Source: Bacteriovoracia bacterium (GTDB taxonomy: Bacteria; Bdellovibrionota; UBA1018; CAIPTA01). Taken from it: a stretch of DNA of 64,000 nt. The stretch covers positions 1,664,001 through 1,728,000 of the forward strand of contig JBFWVL010000001.1 in NCBI GenBank assembly GCA_050246755.1, in the 5' to 3' direction. The notes under the pieces are model-generated. The model saw nothing but the letters and a program-made list of their open reading frames with translations, was not told where the DNA came from and did no database searches. Of this stretch, positions 17,639 through 27,342 are shown piece by piece; the first letter of the stretch is position 1; each line of letters opens with the position of its first letter. The translations under genes were made by a program, and so were the position numbers.

Positions 17639-19210
17639 TTAGCTGTGGCGGGATTTTCGGATTTGCTCGGCCGCGCGCACGCCGGATTCCACGGCGCCTT
17701 CCATGTACCCAAAATAATAGGGTGCGGTTTGTTCGCCGGCCAATATCAGGCGGCCGCCGAGCTGGGCTTCGTCCGCGCAGCCCACGATCGTGGTAAATTG
17801 GCCCATGCTGGGAGAGCTATAGGAGCCGCCAATGAATTTATTGGCGGGCCAGTTCTTCACGGCCACGCGGCCGTTGAATGCGGCGAGGGTGCCCGGAAAG
17901 ATTTTTTCGATATCGCCCGTTACTTGGGCGAGGTGGCCCAGACCGAGGTCCACGGCGCGCTGGCTCGGGGAATACGAAGTGAGGATTCCTTCGGTGCCCG
18001 ATTCCATGCGGCTGGCTTCCCAGGTATTGAGGGCGAAGAGATCGGAAATGGCCATGCCTGTAGCTTGGGAAGGGGCTTCGCGCCAAACGCGGCGGTTATA
18101 GCCCACGAGCATCTTGGAGTTTTTGCCGTACTGGAGCTCGCGCACGGCCCTCATCACGCGGGGATCGATCGCGAGGGCAGAATCGGCGAAGCCTTCCACT
18201 TGGCGGAGGGTGGTGAAGGGGGCGGCCAGGATCACTTGGGCGAAGGAGAATTTCTTCGCGCGCCCGGCATTCTCGAAGGTGAGCTCGATTTTATTGCCTT
18301 TTTCGCTCACGCGCAGGAGCTGATGATCGAATGCCACGGCCGAATGGCCGCCGATCGCCTCGAAGGCGGCGTTCATGAGGCGGGAGTTTCCGCCTTTGAT
18401 GCGGCTGGTTTCGTCGCTCGAGCCGAAGAGGCGGAACTCTTCGGGCGAAGTGCCGGTGAAATAAGAGAAGAGCAGCAGAACGGACTGGGAGTCGGCGGGT
18501 ACGCCGCTGTCGGATTCGTAGCCGATTTTTACGATTTCCTTGAACCAGGTTTCGAGCTCGGGAATGGAATCAAGGTATTCGGCCAGGCTCATGCGGTCGA
18601 ATTTGGCGGCCGCGGCGGCGTAAGGGCATTTCCAGGTGATGGGCAGCTGCTCGGCATTGCCGTAGATCAGGCTGTTGTCGCGCACTACCGCGCGGAGCAG
18701 CGGCTCGGAGGCGGCCACGATCTCGGCTTCGCTATAGATGCGGCCGTTGAAGTAAAACGTATCTCGGAGATTGGTTTGGTCGGCGTCGGGAAAATCTTCC
18801 ACCTCCACGCCTAGCTGCTTGGCGAACGCACGGATCGAATGATGATCGGTATTGATCATTTCTCCGCCGAGCTCGCCGTACTGGTTTTGGCCCGCGAAGG
18901 TGCTGAAATCGGTGAGAATGCGGCCGCCGATTCGGTTGCTACCTTCGAAGAGCTTGAAGGGGATGCCGTGGCGGTGGAGCTGGTAGGCGGCGGCCAGGCC
19001 CGCGGCACCGGCGCCTACGATGGCCACTTTATCGAGGGTATTGGAATCGAGCATAGCGCTTAAGGGACGCAGAGGCCCCGAGGCCAAGGCCGCGGCGGCG
19101 AGCGTGGTATTCTGAATAAATTTTCGGCGCGAAGGGTCGAAGCCCTCTTGGCTGGCGAGCTGGCGTGCAAAAAGCTGGTGGAGTCGCTGGCTAAACGGGC
19201 TGCGTGGCAT
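17639..19210 (-). CDS. flavin-dependent amine/amino-acid oxidase, Tat-signal-like N-terminus
   Basis: SRRKFI motif; GAGAAGLAAA, RIGGRI, ELGGEMI, AGEQT...GYMEGAVESG. Confidence 0.88.
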   Translation of the reverse strand: MPRSPFSQRLHQLFARQLASQEGFDPSRRKFIQNTTLAAAALASGPLRPLSAMLDSNTLDKVAIVGAGAAGLAAAYQLHRHGIPFKLFEGSNRIGGRILTDFSTFAGQNQYGELGGEMINTDHHSIRAFAKQLGVEVEDFPDADQTNLRDTFYFNGRIYSEAEIVAASEPLLRAVVRDNSLIYGNAEQLPITWKCPYAAAAAKFDRMSLAEYLDSIPELETWFKEIVKIGYESDSGVPADSQSVLLLFSYFTGTSPEEFRLFGSSDETSRIKGGNSRLMNAAFEAIGGHSAVAFDHQLLRVSEKGNKIELTFENAGRAKKFSFAQVILAAPFTTLRQVEGFADSALAIDPRVMRAVRELQYGKNSKMLVGYNRRVWREAPSQATGMAISDLFALNTWEASRMESGTEGILTSYSPSQRAVDLGLGHLAQVTGDIEKIFPGTLAAFNGRVAVKNWPANKFIGGSYSSPSMGQFTTIVGCADEAQLGGRLILAGEQTAPYYFGYMEGAVESGVRAAEQIRKSRHS

Positions 19211-19311
19211 TGTTTTCGTTTTACTATGCGCCGCCCTGAATGCAATCGCTTTTCACGCCCAAAAAAATTTTCCAAAAGCACGGATTTTTTGGGCGTGCGC
19301 GGGCCGTCATG

Positions 19312-19347
19312 AAAAATAAAAAAGCCCGCCGGTTTTCCGACGGGCTT
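19312..19347 (-). terminator. intrinsic terminator of the HDOD-HK-RR operon
   Basis: minus strand AAGCCCGTCGG-AAAA-CCGGCGGGCTT plus T-run. Confidence 0.75.
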
Positions 19348-19364
19348 CCATCTCAAGCAATCTT

Positions 19365-20957
19365 TTAGGCGGCTTTGAGTGCTTCGTCGGCACCGGCCAC
19401 ATGGTCACGATATTCCTCGGCATGCAGGCCATGCTTTTTGAGGAGACGGCAGAGATTTGGGCGGCTCACCTTCATGAAGCGCGAGAGAGCCGAAACGTTG
19501 CCGTGGTAGTGCGAGAGCTGCTGCTGCAAATATTCTTTTTCCATATTTTGCATGTAGCTCTTTTTCCACGCGTGGTAGGGCATTCCCGCCGGCGCCGAAA
19601 CCGGCTGAATCGGTACTACGGCTCCCCCGCCATCACCGCTGGAAGCCAGCGATAATGCGGGCTTTCCGGCAGCGGGGCGAATCGCGGTTACGGTTCCACC
19701 TACGCCGAGGGCAGTGGCCACTGCTTCTTGCGTAACTACGGGGCCGGTGGTGAGCATTGCGGCCCGTTGGATCACGGAACGCAACTCACGGAGGTTACCG
19801 GGGTAGTCGTGGCTGGCAAGGAGCGGAAAGCAATCCGAAAGGAACTCACGCGGAGCCTTTGGAAAGCCCTTTGTTACCTGGGCCAGCAAGGCTTTGGCGT
19901 AGAAGGGCAGATCGTCCATGCGTTCCCGGAGGGAAGGTAGCTGAACCTGCACGGTATTGAGGCGATAGAAGAGATCCTCGCGGAAGCTCTTCTCGGCCAC
20001 GGCCCGGCGAAGGTCCTTATTGGTGGCGGCCACCACGCGCACGTCCACTTTCAGTTCTTCTGATCCACCCACGCGGCGGAAAGCTTTTTCCTGGAGAGCG
20101 CGAAGCAGCTTGGTTTGCATGGGCAAAGGAAGTTCGCCGATTTCGTCCAAGAAAAGAGTTCCGCCGTCCGCTAGCTCAAATACGCCCATTTTACGGGCAT
20201 TTGCGCCGGTGAAGGCTCCCTTCTCGTGACCGAAGAGCTCGCTCTCGATCAAGGTTTCGGGAAGTGCACCACAGTTTACTGGCACCCAAGGACCCTTCGC
20301 TCGCGTGCTCAGCTCGTGAACGAGCCGGGCGGCGACCTCTTTCCCTGATCCAGAGGGGCCAGTAATCAAGATGCCCACGTCGGAGCCGAGCGGGCTCTTC
20401 GTCAGCTGGCCGATGGTTTCCTTCACGGACTTCATCGACTCGGACTTACCCAGCATATCCAGGGAATATTCCGATTTGGGGCCTTCGTGCTGGATGCGGT
20501 GAACCAGTTCGGTGCGGGCTTCTAAGCGCTCTTTTAATTTGTCGTTGGCTACCGCCAGATCTGCGGTGAGTTTGTTGTTTTCTTTCGCCATTTTACCGTG
20601 GTTGATCGCGGCGTCGAGGCGGTGGTTGAAATCGTCCATATCGAAGGGCTTTTCGAGATAGTCGAAGGCGCCCATGCGCAGGGATTCGATCGCCGCGCTC
20701 TTTTCACCGTGGCCGGTGATGAAGATGATGGGGGGGCAGTTCGCATTTTTCGCTTTCAGCTGTTCCCACATCTGGAAGCCGGTCATTTTCGGCATTTTGA
20801 TGTCGGAAATAATCACGTCGGGCTGGAACACGTTGAAGACGTCGCAAGCGCGATACCCGTCCTCCACGCAAACCACTTCGTGTCCCTTGCGTTGAATGCT
20901 CCCGGTGAGGAGTTTGCGGATAGTATCTTCGTCATCCACTACGAGTATTTTGGCCAT
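19365..20957 (-). CDS. sigma54-dependent response regulator (REC-AAA+-HTH)
   Basis: [41 protein letters not shown]-terminal HTH. Confidence 0.95.
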   Translation of the reverse strand: MAKILVVDDEDTIRKLLTGSIQRKGHEVVCVEDGYRACDVFNVFQPDVIISDIKMPKMTGFQMWEQLKAKNANCPPIIFITGHGEKSAAIESLRMGAFDYLEKPFDMDDFNHRLDAAINHGKMAKENNKLTADLAVANDKLKERLEARTELVHRIQHEGPKSEYSLDMLGKSESMKSVKETIGQLTKSPLGSDVGILITGPSGSGKEVAARLVHELSTRAKGPWVPVNCGALPETLIESELFGHEKGAFTGANARKMGVFELADGGTLFLDEIGELPLPMQTKLLRALQEKAFRRVGGSEELKVDVRVVAATNKDLRRAVAEKSFREDLFYRLNTVQVQLPSLRERMDDLPFYAKALLAQVTKGFPKAPREFLSDCFPLLASHDYPGNLRELRSVIQRAAMLTTGPVVTQEAVATALGVGGTVTAIRPAAGKPALSLASSGDGGGAVVPIQPVSAPAGMPYHAWKKSYMQNMEKEYLQQQLSHYHGNVSALSRFMKVSRPNLCRLLKKHGLHAEEYRDHVAGADEALKAA

Positions 20958-20960
20958 AGG

Positions 20961-22250
20961 TTATTGCCCTTCCTTTGTTACAGAGTTGCTAGTTTCGGTT
21001 GAATGTAAGCTGCGATAGTCGAGCGGCAGCGTGAGCAAAAAGGCGGTGCCTTTGCCGGGAGTGCTTTCGATCATCATGGTGCCGTTGATCTTGGAAAGAA
21101 TGCCGTAGGAGACGGAAAGGCCTAGGCCGGTGCCTTTACCCACTTCCTTAGTAGTATAGAAAGGCTCCATCGCGCGGTTCTTGGTCTCAGAGCTCATGCC
21201 CACGCCATCGTCGCGGAAGAGGATTTCCACGAAGCGCTTGGGATCATCGGCTTTGAGGCGGGCTTCGATCTGAATTTTTCCGCTGCTGCGGCCGGTGGCC
21301 TCGATGGCGTCGCGCGCGTTCGTGGCGAGGTTGATGAAAACCTGCTCGAGCTGGAAAGGATTGCAGTAAACGGTGGGCAGATCTGTGAAGGGAGTGATTT
21401 CCACTTCGATGCCGCGGCTCTTGAATTGCTGATCAAGGAGATTGAGGGATTCATCCACCACCTGGGCGAGCGAGACATTCTGAAAATCTTCCACGCTTTT
21501 ACGCGTGAACTCGCGCAGCTGCTGGATGATTTTCTTCATGCGCAAGGAATTTTTCGAGATCTCGTTGGCGTAGTCCACGCAAGTGGCGTCCGCTTTTTGA
21601 GCGCTGAGCATGCGGAAGAGTTCCTGGCTGAACCCCATGATGCCTGAAAGCGGCTGATTCAATTCATGGGCCACGCCGGCGGCTAATTCCCCGAGGGCGG
21701 CTAATTTTCCGGCTTGCACTAACGCTTCCTGGGCAGACTTCAATTCCATGTGGGCGCGCTCAAGCTCTTCGTAGGCAGACCGGAGCTCCCAGTGTTTGGC
21801 GAGGAGATCGCGCTCCATCGATTTTTTTTCGCCCATATCGTGGAGAATGCAAAAGGCTAGATTGAGCCCACCGGTTTGTTCGGCGGAGAGGGTTTTTACG
21901 GAAAGCGTGGCGAAGGCGAGGTAGCCGTCTTTCTTGGCGAGGGCCATGTCTTCATAAAAGCCGCTGTGGCTCAGCATATCTTTGGAGAACAGGGCGGAAC
22001 GCACTTTATGCTCGCCTTCGTTCGGAAAAAGCTTTTCGGCGCCCTGAGCTTCGAGCTCTATCGCCACGAAGCCGGTGAGGTCCTGAAGGCGGCGGTTGGC
22101 CGAGAGAATTTTTCCGGAATCCCGGTCCACGAGCAAGATAGCATCGTTCGCTTCCGCGAAGAGCATCTCGTAGAACTCCACGGGGGCGGCCGCGTGGGTT
22201 TCGGGAACCGCGCGGAGCTTGGTTTGTTTGATCTTCTTGGCGGCACTCAT
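20961..22250 (-). CDS. PAS sensor histidine kinase
   Basis: GVAHELNQPL, NLATNARDA, DDGVG, GKGTGLGL; start MSAAKK overlaps the HDOD stop. Confidence 0.92.
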   Translation of the reverse strand: MSAAKKIKQTKLRAVPETHAAAPVEFYEMLFAEANDAILLVDRDSGKILSANRRLQDLTGFVAIELEAQGAEKLFPNEGEHKVRSALFSKDMLSHSGFYEDMALAKKDGYLAFATLSVKTLSAEQTGGLNLAFCILHDMGEKKSMERDLLAKHWELRSAYEELERAHMELKSAQEALVQAGKLAALGELAAGVAHELNQPLSGIMGFSQELFRMLSAQKADATCVDYANEISKNSLRMKKIIQQLREFTRKSVEDFQNVSLAQVVDESLNLLDQQFKSRGIEVEITPFTDLPTVYCNPFQLEQVFINLATNARDAIEATGRSSGKIQIEARLKADDPKRFVEILFRDDGVGMSSETKNRAMEPFYTTKEVGKGTGLGLSVSYGILSKINGTMMIESTPGKGTAFLLTLPLDYRSLHSTETSNSVTKEGQ

Positions 22251-23140
22251 GCGGCGCTCCCCAGGAAGGCGGCGGCGTTGTCCACTTCCTTCTTGATGCG
22301 TTCGGTGATCGGAGCCACGTCTTCGGGGGTTAGGCCGAGGGGCAATAATAGTTCGGGCGTGATCTCGCCCCCGGAGGCATTGCCGGAGTAGCCGATATTT
22401 TCTTTCACCACGATCTGGTTGGCGAGGGCCACGATCTGCACCGCGGGTTTGATCGAATCGAGCATGGTTTCCATTTTGGAAACGTCCACGTGGTGGTAGC
22501 GGATGCTCATGCGGATCACCATGGGCAGGCGCCATTTGTCGGCGATGTATTCGCCGAGATAGCCGTGGGAGGGGATATCGAGGCGGCGCTCGGCTTCGAA
22601 GAAGGAAATTTTTTCTTTTTCGGTGAGCGTGATCAGCTTCAGGAATTCGGTGGGCGCAACTTTGAGCAGTACGATCTTGCCGATGTCGTGGAGCAGGCCG
22701 CAAGTGAAGCACTCTTCGGGCTTAGGGTAGCCGATTTTCTTGGCGATAATTTCGCTGGCCACGGCGGTGCCGAGGGCGTGCTGCCAGAACTGGCGCATGG
22801 AAAATTTTGCGTCTTTATTTCCGGAGAACGCGGTGATCACCGAAACGGAAAGAACCAGCTGCGCGAGGGTATTGAAGCCAAGGTAGGCGAGGGCGCGCTT
22901 CACGTCGGTTACTTCGCCGGGAATCGAGTAGTAAGGCGAGTTGATGAGCTTCAGGACCTTTGCGGTGAGCACCTGATCTTTTTTCAAAACTTCGGCGATC
23001 TCGGCGGAGCTCGAGTTTGGATTATTGATTAGCTCCGTAACCTTGGTGGCCACGGCGGGAAGGGTGGGAATATCGTTGAGCTTCTCGAGGATGGGTTTCC
23101 AGTGCTCAATTCTTTCCTGATCGTTGGTATGGTTGCTCAT
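22247..23140 (-). CDS. HDOD-domain protein
   Basis: IPTLPAVA, DQVLTAKVLKLINSPYY, FWQHALG, GLLHDIGK, IRYHH. Confidence 0.93.
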   Translation of the reverse strand: MSNHTNDQERIEHWKPILEKLNDIPTLPAVATKVTELINNPNSSSAEIAEVLKKDQVLTAKVLKLINSPYYSIPGEVTDVKRALAYLGFNTLAQLVLSVSVITAFSGNKDAKFSMRQFWQHALGTAVASEIIAKKIGYPKPEECFTCGLLHDIGKIVLLKVAPTEFLKLITLTEKEKISFFEAERRLDIPSHGYLGEYIADKWRLPMVIRMSIRYHHVDVSKMETMLDSIKPAVQIVALANQIVVKENIGYSGNASGGEITPELLLPLGLTPEDVAPITERIKKEVDNAAAFLGSAA

Positions 23141-23149
23141 GGCAAGTAT

Positions 23150-23177
23150 GTATCGGCCAAGAGACGGGTTCTATTGA
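23150..23177 (-). promoter_or_regulatory. sigma28-type promoter
   Basis: TCAA-N16-GCCGATAC, 9 nt before the HDOD ATG. Confidence 0.6.
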
Positions 23178-23300
23178 GCTACAACTGGAATTTTCGGATC
23201 TTGGCCTAACTGGCTGAAATAATTAATTATAATCTATATAGGAAAGCGTGTTTTTCTCACGCGGCGTAGCAGTCGGGATGGCCGCTAGGCCGAGAGACGT

Positions 23301-24998
23301 TTAGGTAACGACTTCGCCGGGATCCGCGGCGCCGAGGCGATCCAAGGCCCGGCGGGCTAGCTCCTGCCCGGATTCGAACTCTTCCCAAACGATGTCGTCC
23401 GCTCCGAGCGCCAGGAGGCGATCGCGATCGCTCATATACTTCACGCGGCAAACGATGGGCAACTCTGGTCGCATGCGTTTCACTTTTTTCACCAAAGATT
23501 GCATGGCCAGGGGATCGGGAATCGTCACGATCAAGAGAGAGGCCGTATTTAGCCCGGCCGCTTCGAGCACGATCGAAGAGGAGGAGTCGCCGTAGACCGC
23601 GGGCTGCTTCTGCGATTTGAGCGACTGGATCATTTTATAGTTCAGGTCCACCACCGCCACGGGAATGCCCACGCCGTGCAGCTTCTTGGCCACGATGGCG
23701 CCCGTGGGGCCATAGCCGCAAAGGATTACGTGGTTCTCGAGGGAAAACCCGTGCCCGTCGTTTTCCTCTTCTCCCATTTTCGGCTCATGGCGCTGCACTT
23801 CGCGGGCGATCCAATCAATGCGGTTCATGAACGCGAAACCTTTTTTCACGCGTGGGTAAAGCTTGAGCAGGTAAGGCGTGGCGATGATCGAGAGAATCGA
23901 AATTCCCAAGAGGCGCTGGTAAGAGCCTTCGGTGAGGATCCCGAGCTTCTTGGCCTCCACGAGGATGAGGAAGCCGAATTCCCCGATCTGCGAAAGGGCG
24001 AGCGCCACGAAAACAGTTACCTTTGAAGGATAACGGAAGAGGAAGCAGACGATGAGGATCACGAAAAATTTCGCGATCATGATCAGGGCCAGACCCACCG
24101 TAAAGAGGGGCCAGCGGTCTACGAGGTAGGAAAAATTCAGGAGCATGCCCACGCTCACGAAAAAGACGGCGCTGAAAGAATCTTTGAGCGGAAGGATCTC
24201 GCTCGCGGCCTGATTGCTGAAATCGCTTTCGCTAAGCACGAGGCCAGCCAGAAAAGCACCGAGCGCGAGACTAAGGCCCACCTGATGCGTGATGGCGGCG
24301 ATGCCAAGGGTGAAGCTCAGCACGGAAAGGGAGAATAATTCCTTCGAGCGGGTTTGCGCGATGAAACGCAGCAGGCGGGGAACGAGAAAGCCGCCTACCA
24401 CGTAGATCACGAGCAGAAAGCCACCCAGCCGCGCCAGGATAAGCACGAGCTCCTTCATCTGGGCGGCGCCGCTCGAGTTGGCTCCCGAAGCCAGAATCGG
24501 CAGGAATACCAAAATGGGGATCGAGATAACGTCTTGGAAGAGGAGAAGGCCGGTGGAGATATTTCCGTGCGTGGATCCCACTTCGCCCCGTTCGGCCAAA
24601 AGTTTCAGCACCACCACCGTGGAAGAAAGCCCGGTGGTAAGGCCCCAGACCGCGGCTTCTGCGCCGGACCAGTGAAATACCGGTGCGCAGGCCACGCAGA
24701 TCGCGGTGGTGATCGCCAAGATCAGCAACCCGCCGAGGATGGAAATGTATTTCACGCGCAAGAGCTGCGCGATCGAGAGCTCCACTCCGATCGTGAACAT
24801 GAGCAGCCCGATGCCGATTTCGGCGAGCAGCTCCACGTTTTCATAGGGGACCAGCTTGAGCCCATGAGGGCCGATCAGCATCCCGGCCAGGAGGTAGCCG
24901 ATGAGGTTGGGCTGACGCAAGCGCGCGAGGATACTCGCGCTCACGAGCGCGGCGGCGAAAACGAAGAAAATAGAAATGAGCGGCGAACCGTAGTGCAT
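23301..24998 (-). CDS. CPA2-family cation/H+ antiporter with TrkA-N (KefB/KefC/YbaL-like)
   Basis: GYLLAGMLIGP, LSSTVVVLK, FFVSVG, QIGEF, VILCGYGPTG, VYGD. Confidence 0.93.
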   Translation of the reverse strand: MHYGSPLISIFFVFAAALVSASILARLRQPNLIGYLLAGMLIGPHGLKLVPYENVELLAEIGIGLLMFTIGVELSIAQLLRVKYISILGGLLILAITTAICVACAPVFHWSGAEAAVWGLTTGLSSTVVVLKLLAERGEVGSTHGNISTGLLLFQDVISIPILVFLPILASGANSSGAAQMKELVLILARLGGFLLVIYVVGGFLVPRLLRFIAQTRSKELFSLSVLSFTLGIAAITHQVGLSLALGAFLAGLVLSESDFSNQAASEILPLKDSFSAVFFVSVGMLLNFSYLVDRWPLFTVGLALIMIAKFFVILIVCFLFRYPSKVTVFVALALSQIGEFGFLILVEAKKLGILTEGSYQRLLGISILSIIATPYLLKLYPRVKKGFAFMNRIDWIAREVQRHEPKMGEEENDGHGFSLENHVILCGYGPTGAIVAKKLHGVGIPVAVVDLNYKMIQSLKSQKQPAVYGDSSSSIVLEAAGLNTASLLIVTIPDPLAMQSLVKKVKRMRPELPIVCRVKYMSDRDRLLALGADDIVWEEFESGQELARRALDRLGAADPGEVVT

Positions 24999-25023
24999 TC
25001 AGGGGCTTTCTGCGCCCCTGGAT

Positions 25024-26907
25024 TTACTCGCCGCGTTTACCGAAGAGAGCCGTAACCTTGGAGCTAATTTTTTTGATGATAGCAGGGGCGGCTTTTTTCT
25101 TGCCAGCGAATTTCTCTTCGGCCGCGCGCAGCCCTTTATCGTAATCGCTCACGAAGCTCTTATACTCAGCAGCCGAACGATTTTTCGGTTTACCGGTGGC
25201 CATATCGTAAATCACCGGATTCCCGGTGAGGGGGGAAGGTAAGTCTGCGGGGGCTACTTTGGAAACGGAAGGTCCGTCGTAGTGCTCGCGTCCTCCACGG
25301 TCGCGTCCGCGTCCACGGTCACGGCCTCTGCCGCGGTCCCTGCCTTCGGGGCGGGGGCCACGGGCCGAGCGTTCGCCGCCCTCGGGAACCGGCATATCTT
25401 CCCGGGGAGCGCGCGGCTCACGGGCGCGGGGTAGCGGCATGGGTTCGCCGTCGGCGCGGGGAATAGGCAGGCTGCGGGGTGGCGGCGCTGCGTGGGCTAC
25501 GTCATCGGCACCTTCAGTAGAGGCTACGGCCGCATGGGGGCCGGTTCCGGGTGCATACACATCGCTGGCATGAGGCCGGCGTTCGGGTCTTGGGCCACGA
25601 TCTCCGCCACGGTCGCGTCCACCGCGAGATCCGCGATCGCCACCACGGCCAGCACCGCGGGGTCCACGATCCGGGCCACCGCGTCCGCCACGGGCCGGCG
25701 GCACTCCGCCAGATCCAACGGAAGATTCGTCTCCGCTTTCGTCGTCTTCTACTTCACCGCGTCCGGGCATTTTTACGTCCTTTGGAATTTCATCTTCATT
25801 GAGCCACTGCACGGGGATCTGCATCTTGAGGAATTCCTCGATGCGGATCTGGTTGTAGGCGTCTTCGGAACTGGAGATTGCTACGGCGATGCCGTGCTTG
25901 CCGGCGCGGGCCGTGCGGCCGATACGGTGCACGTAGGTGGCCGCTTCTTCGGGGAGGTGGTAGTTCACCACGAGGGAAATATTGTCTACGTCGAGACCGC
26001 GGGAAGCCACGTCGGTAGCCACGAGCGCCCGGAACTGGCCGGTCTTGAATCCCTGGATAATTTTATTCCGCTTTTCCTGGCGCATGAGGCTAGATAGGCC
26101 CTGCGCGGGAATTCCGTTTTTGGTGAGGAAGGCGGCAACCCACGGCACGCGTTCTTTGTAGTTCACGAACACGATGATGGTGCCGGCGTCGGGCGAATGC
26201 TTTTTGCAAACGGCCATGAGGGCGGCGGGTTTCTCGCGGTCGCCCACGTGGTAGAGAACCTGCTCGATCTTATCGGCGGTCATTTGGTCGCGGGACACGT
26301 TGATCTCTTGGGGATTTGCGCCGTACTCGTAGAGCATATTCAGCACGGAAAAATTCATCGTGGCGCTGAAGAGCAGGATCTGGCGCTTCGGATTCACCTT
26401 CGCGAGCACGTACTGCATATCTTTGATGAAGCCCATGTCGAACATGCGGTCGGCTTCGTCGAATACCAAGATATCTACTTTGGAAAGATCGAGGGCGCGC
26501 TCTTTGAACAAATCGATCACGCGGCCGGGAGTTCCAGCCACGAGGCGGGCGCCGTTCTGCAGGGATTTAATCTGGTCTTCGGAGCTCATGCCGCCCACGA
26601 TGGTCACGCTGCCCATGCCCATGCCCTTGGAAAGTTTTTCCGACTCCTCCATAATTTGCTGGGCAAGCTCGCGGGTGGGCGCAAGGAAGAGGGCCAAACG
26701 ATCCGGGCCTAATTGAGAAAGCCGGTGGATGGTGGGGATCAGGAAAGCGGCCGTTTTGCCGGTGCCGGTGCGCGAGAGTCCCGAAACATCTTTGCCTTCG
26801 AGCGCCATCGGCATCACTTGCACTTGGATATCGGTGGCCTGGGTATACCCCATGTTGGCAATATTGCTCATCAGGGTTTCGTGGAGCGAGAAGTCTGAAA
26901 AATTCAT
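25024..26907 (-). CDS. DEAD-box RNA helicase with long RGG-rich C-terminal tail
   Basis: TGTGKT, PTRELA, TPGR, DEAD, SAT, SRGLD, HRIGRTAR. Confidence 0.96.
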   Translation of the reverse strand: MNFSDFSLHETLMSNIANMGYTQATDIQVQVMPMALEGKDVSGLSRTGTGKTAAFLIPTIHRLSQLGPDRLALFLAPTRELAQQIMEESEKLSKGMGMGSVTIVGGMSSEDQIKSLQNGARLVAGTPGRVIDLFKERALDLSKVDILVFDEADRMFDMGFIKDMQYVLAKVNPKRQILLFSATMNFSVLNMLYEYGANPQEINVSRDQMTADKIEQVLYHVGDREKPAALMAVCKKHSPDAGTIIVFVNYKERVPWVAAFLTKNGIPAQGLSSLMRQEKRNKIIQGFKTGQFRALVATDVASRGLDVDNISLVVNYHLPEEAATYVHRIGRTARAGKHGIAVAISSSEDAYNQIRIEEFLKMQIPVQWLNEDEIPKDVKMPGRGEVEDDESGDESSVGSGGVPPARGGRGGPDRGPRGAGRGGDRGSRGGRDRGGDRGPRPERRPHASDVYAPGTGPHAAVASTEGADDVAHAAPPPRSLPIPRADGEPMPLPRAREPRAPREDMPVPEGGERSARGPRPEGRDRGRGRDRGRGRDRGGREHYDGPSVSKVAPADLPSPLTGNPVIYDMATGKPKNRSAAEYKSFVSDYDKGLRAAEEKFAGKKKAAPAIIKKISSKVTALFGKRGE

Positions 26908-27048
26908 TACGTTTCCGCCTAAGTAGCCTTATGGCGCGGCGCCTCTCGGGGGCCGCTTTCTCCTTGCAATACGCGGAGAATCAGGATTTTCTGAGCCTGG
27001 TCTACTATTGGTTCGTAGCACGAAATGGGTGAGAGGGGGAGAGTCATT

Positions 27049-27342
27049 ATGGCGATTCAGAGCCTATCGGAGAAAGAAATAGCCGCGCAGCTTCAGGAGG
27101 CCGCCCTCTGGAGGCGGGAGGGGCAGGAAATTAGCCGTACCTTCCAGCTCCCGACCTTTGCCGATTCTATCCAGTTCGTGGGTAAGATCGCCGCTTACGC
27201 CGATGCCGTAGACCATCATCCCGACATTTTGATTCAATACAATAAGGTTACCTTAACCCTCAGTACCCACGATGCGGGCGGGCTTACCAAAAAGGATTTC
27301 GATTCAGCCCAAAAGGCCGACGAGCTTTTTTCGCGATGCTAA
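27049..27342 (+). CDS. phhB: pterin-4a-carbinolamine dehydratase
   Basis: DHHPDI...V.LTLSTHDAGGLT..D. Confidence 0.9.
   Translation: MAIQSLSEKEIAAQLQEAALWRREGQEISRTFQLPTFADSIQFVGKIAAYADAVDHHPDILIQYNKVTLTLSTHDAGGLTKKDFDSAQKADELFSRC

Noticed and set aside
17645-18814. 389-aa plus-strand ORF
   Set aside because: Antisense to the flavin oxidase; codon-bias artefact with no motifs
22251-22712. N-terminal extension of the PAS kinase
   Set aside because: Out-of-frame overlap with the HDOD gene; coupled start at 22250 is more plausible
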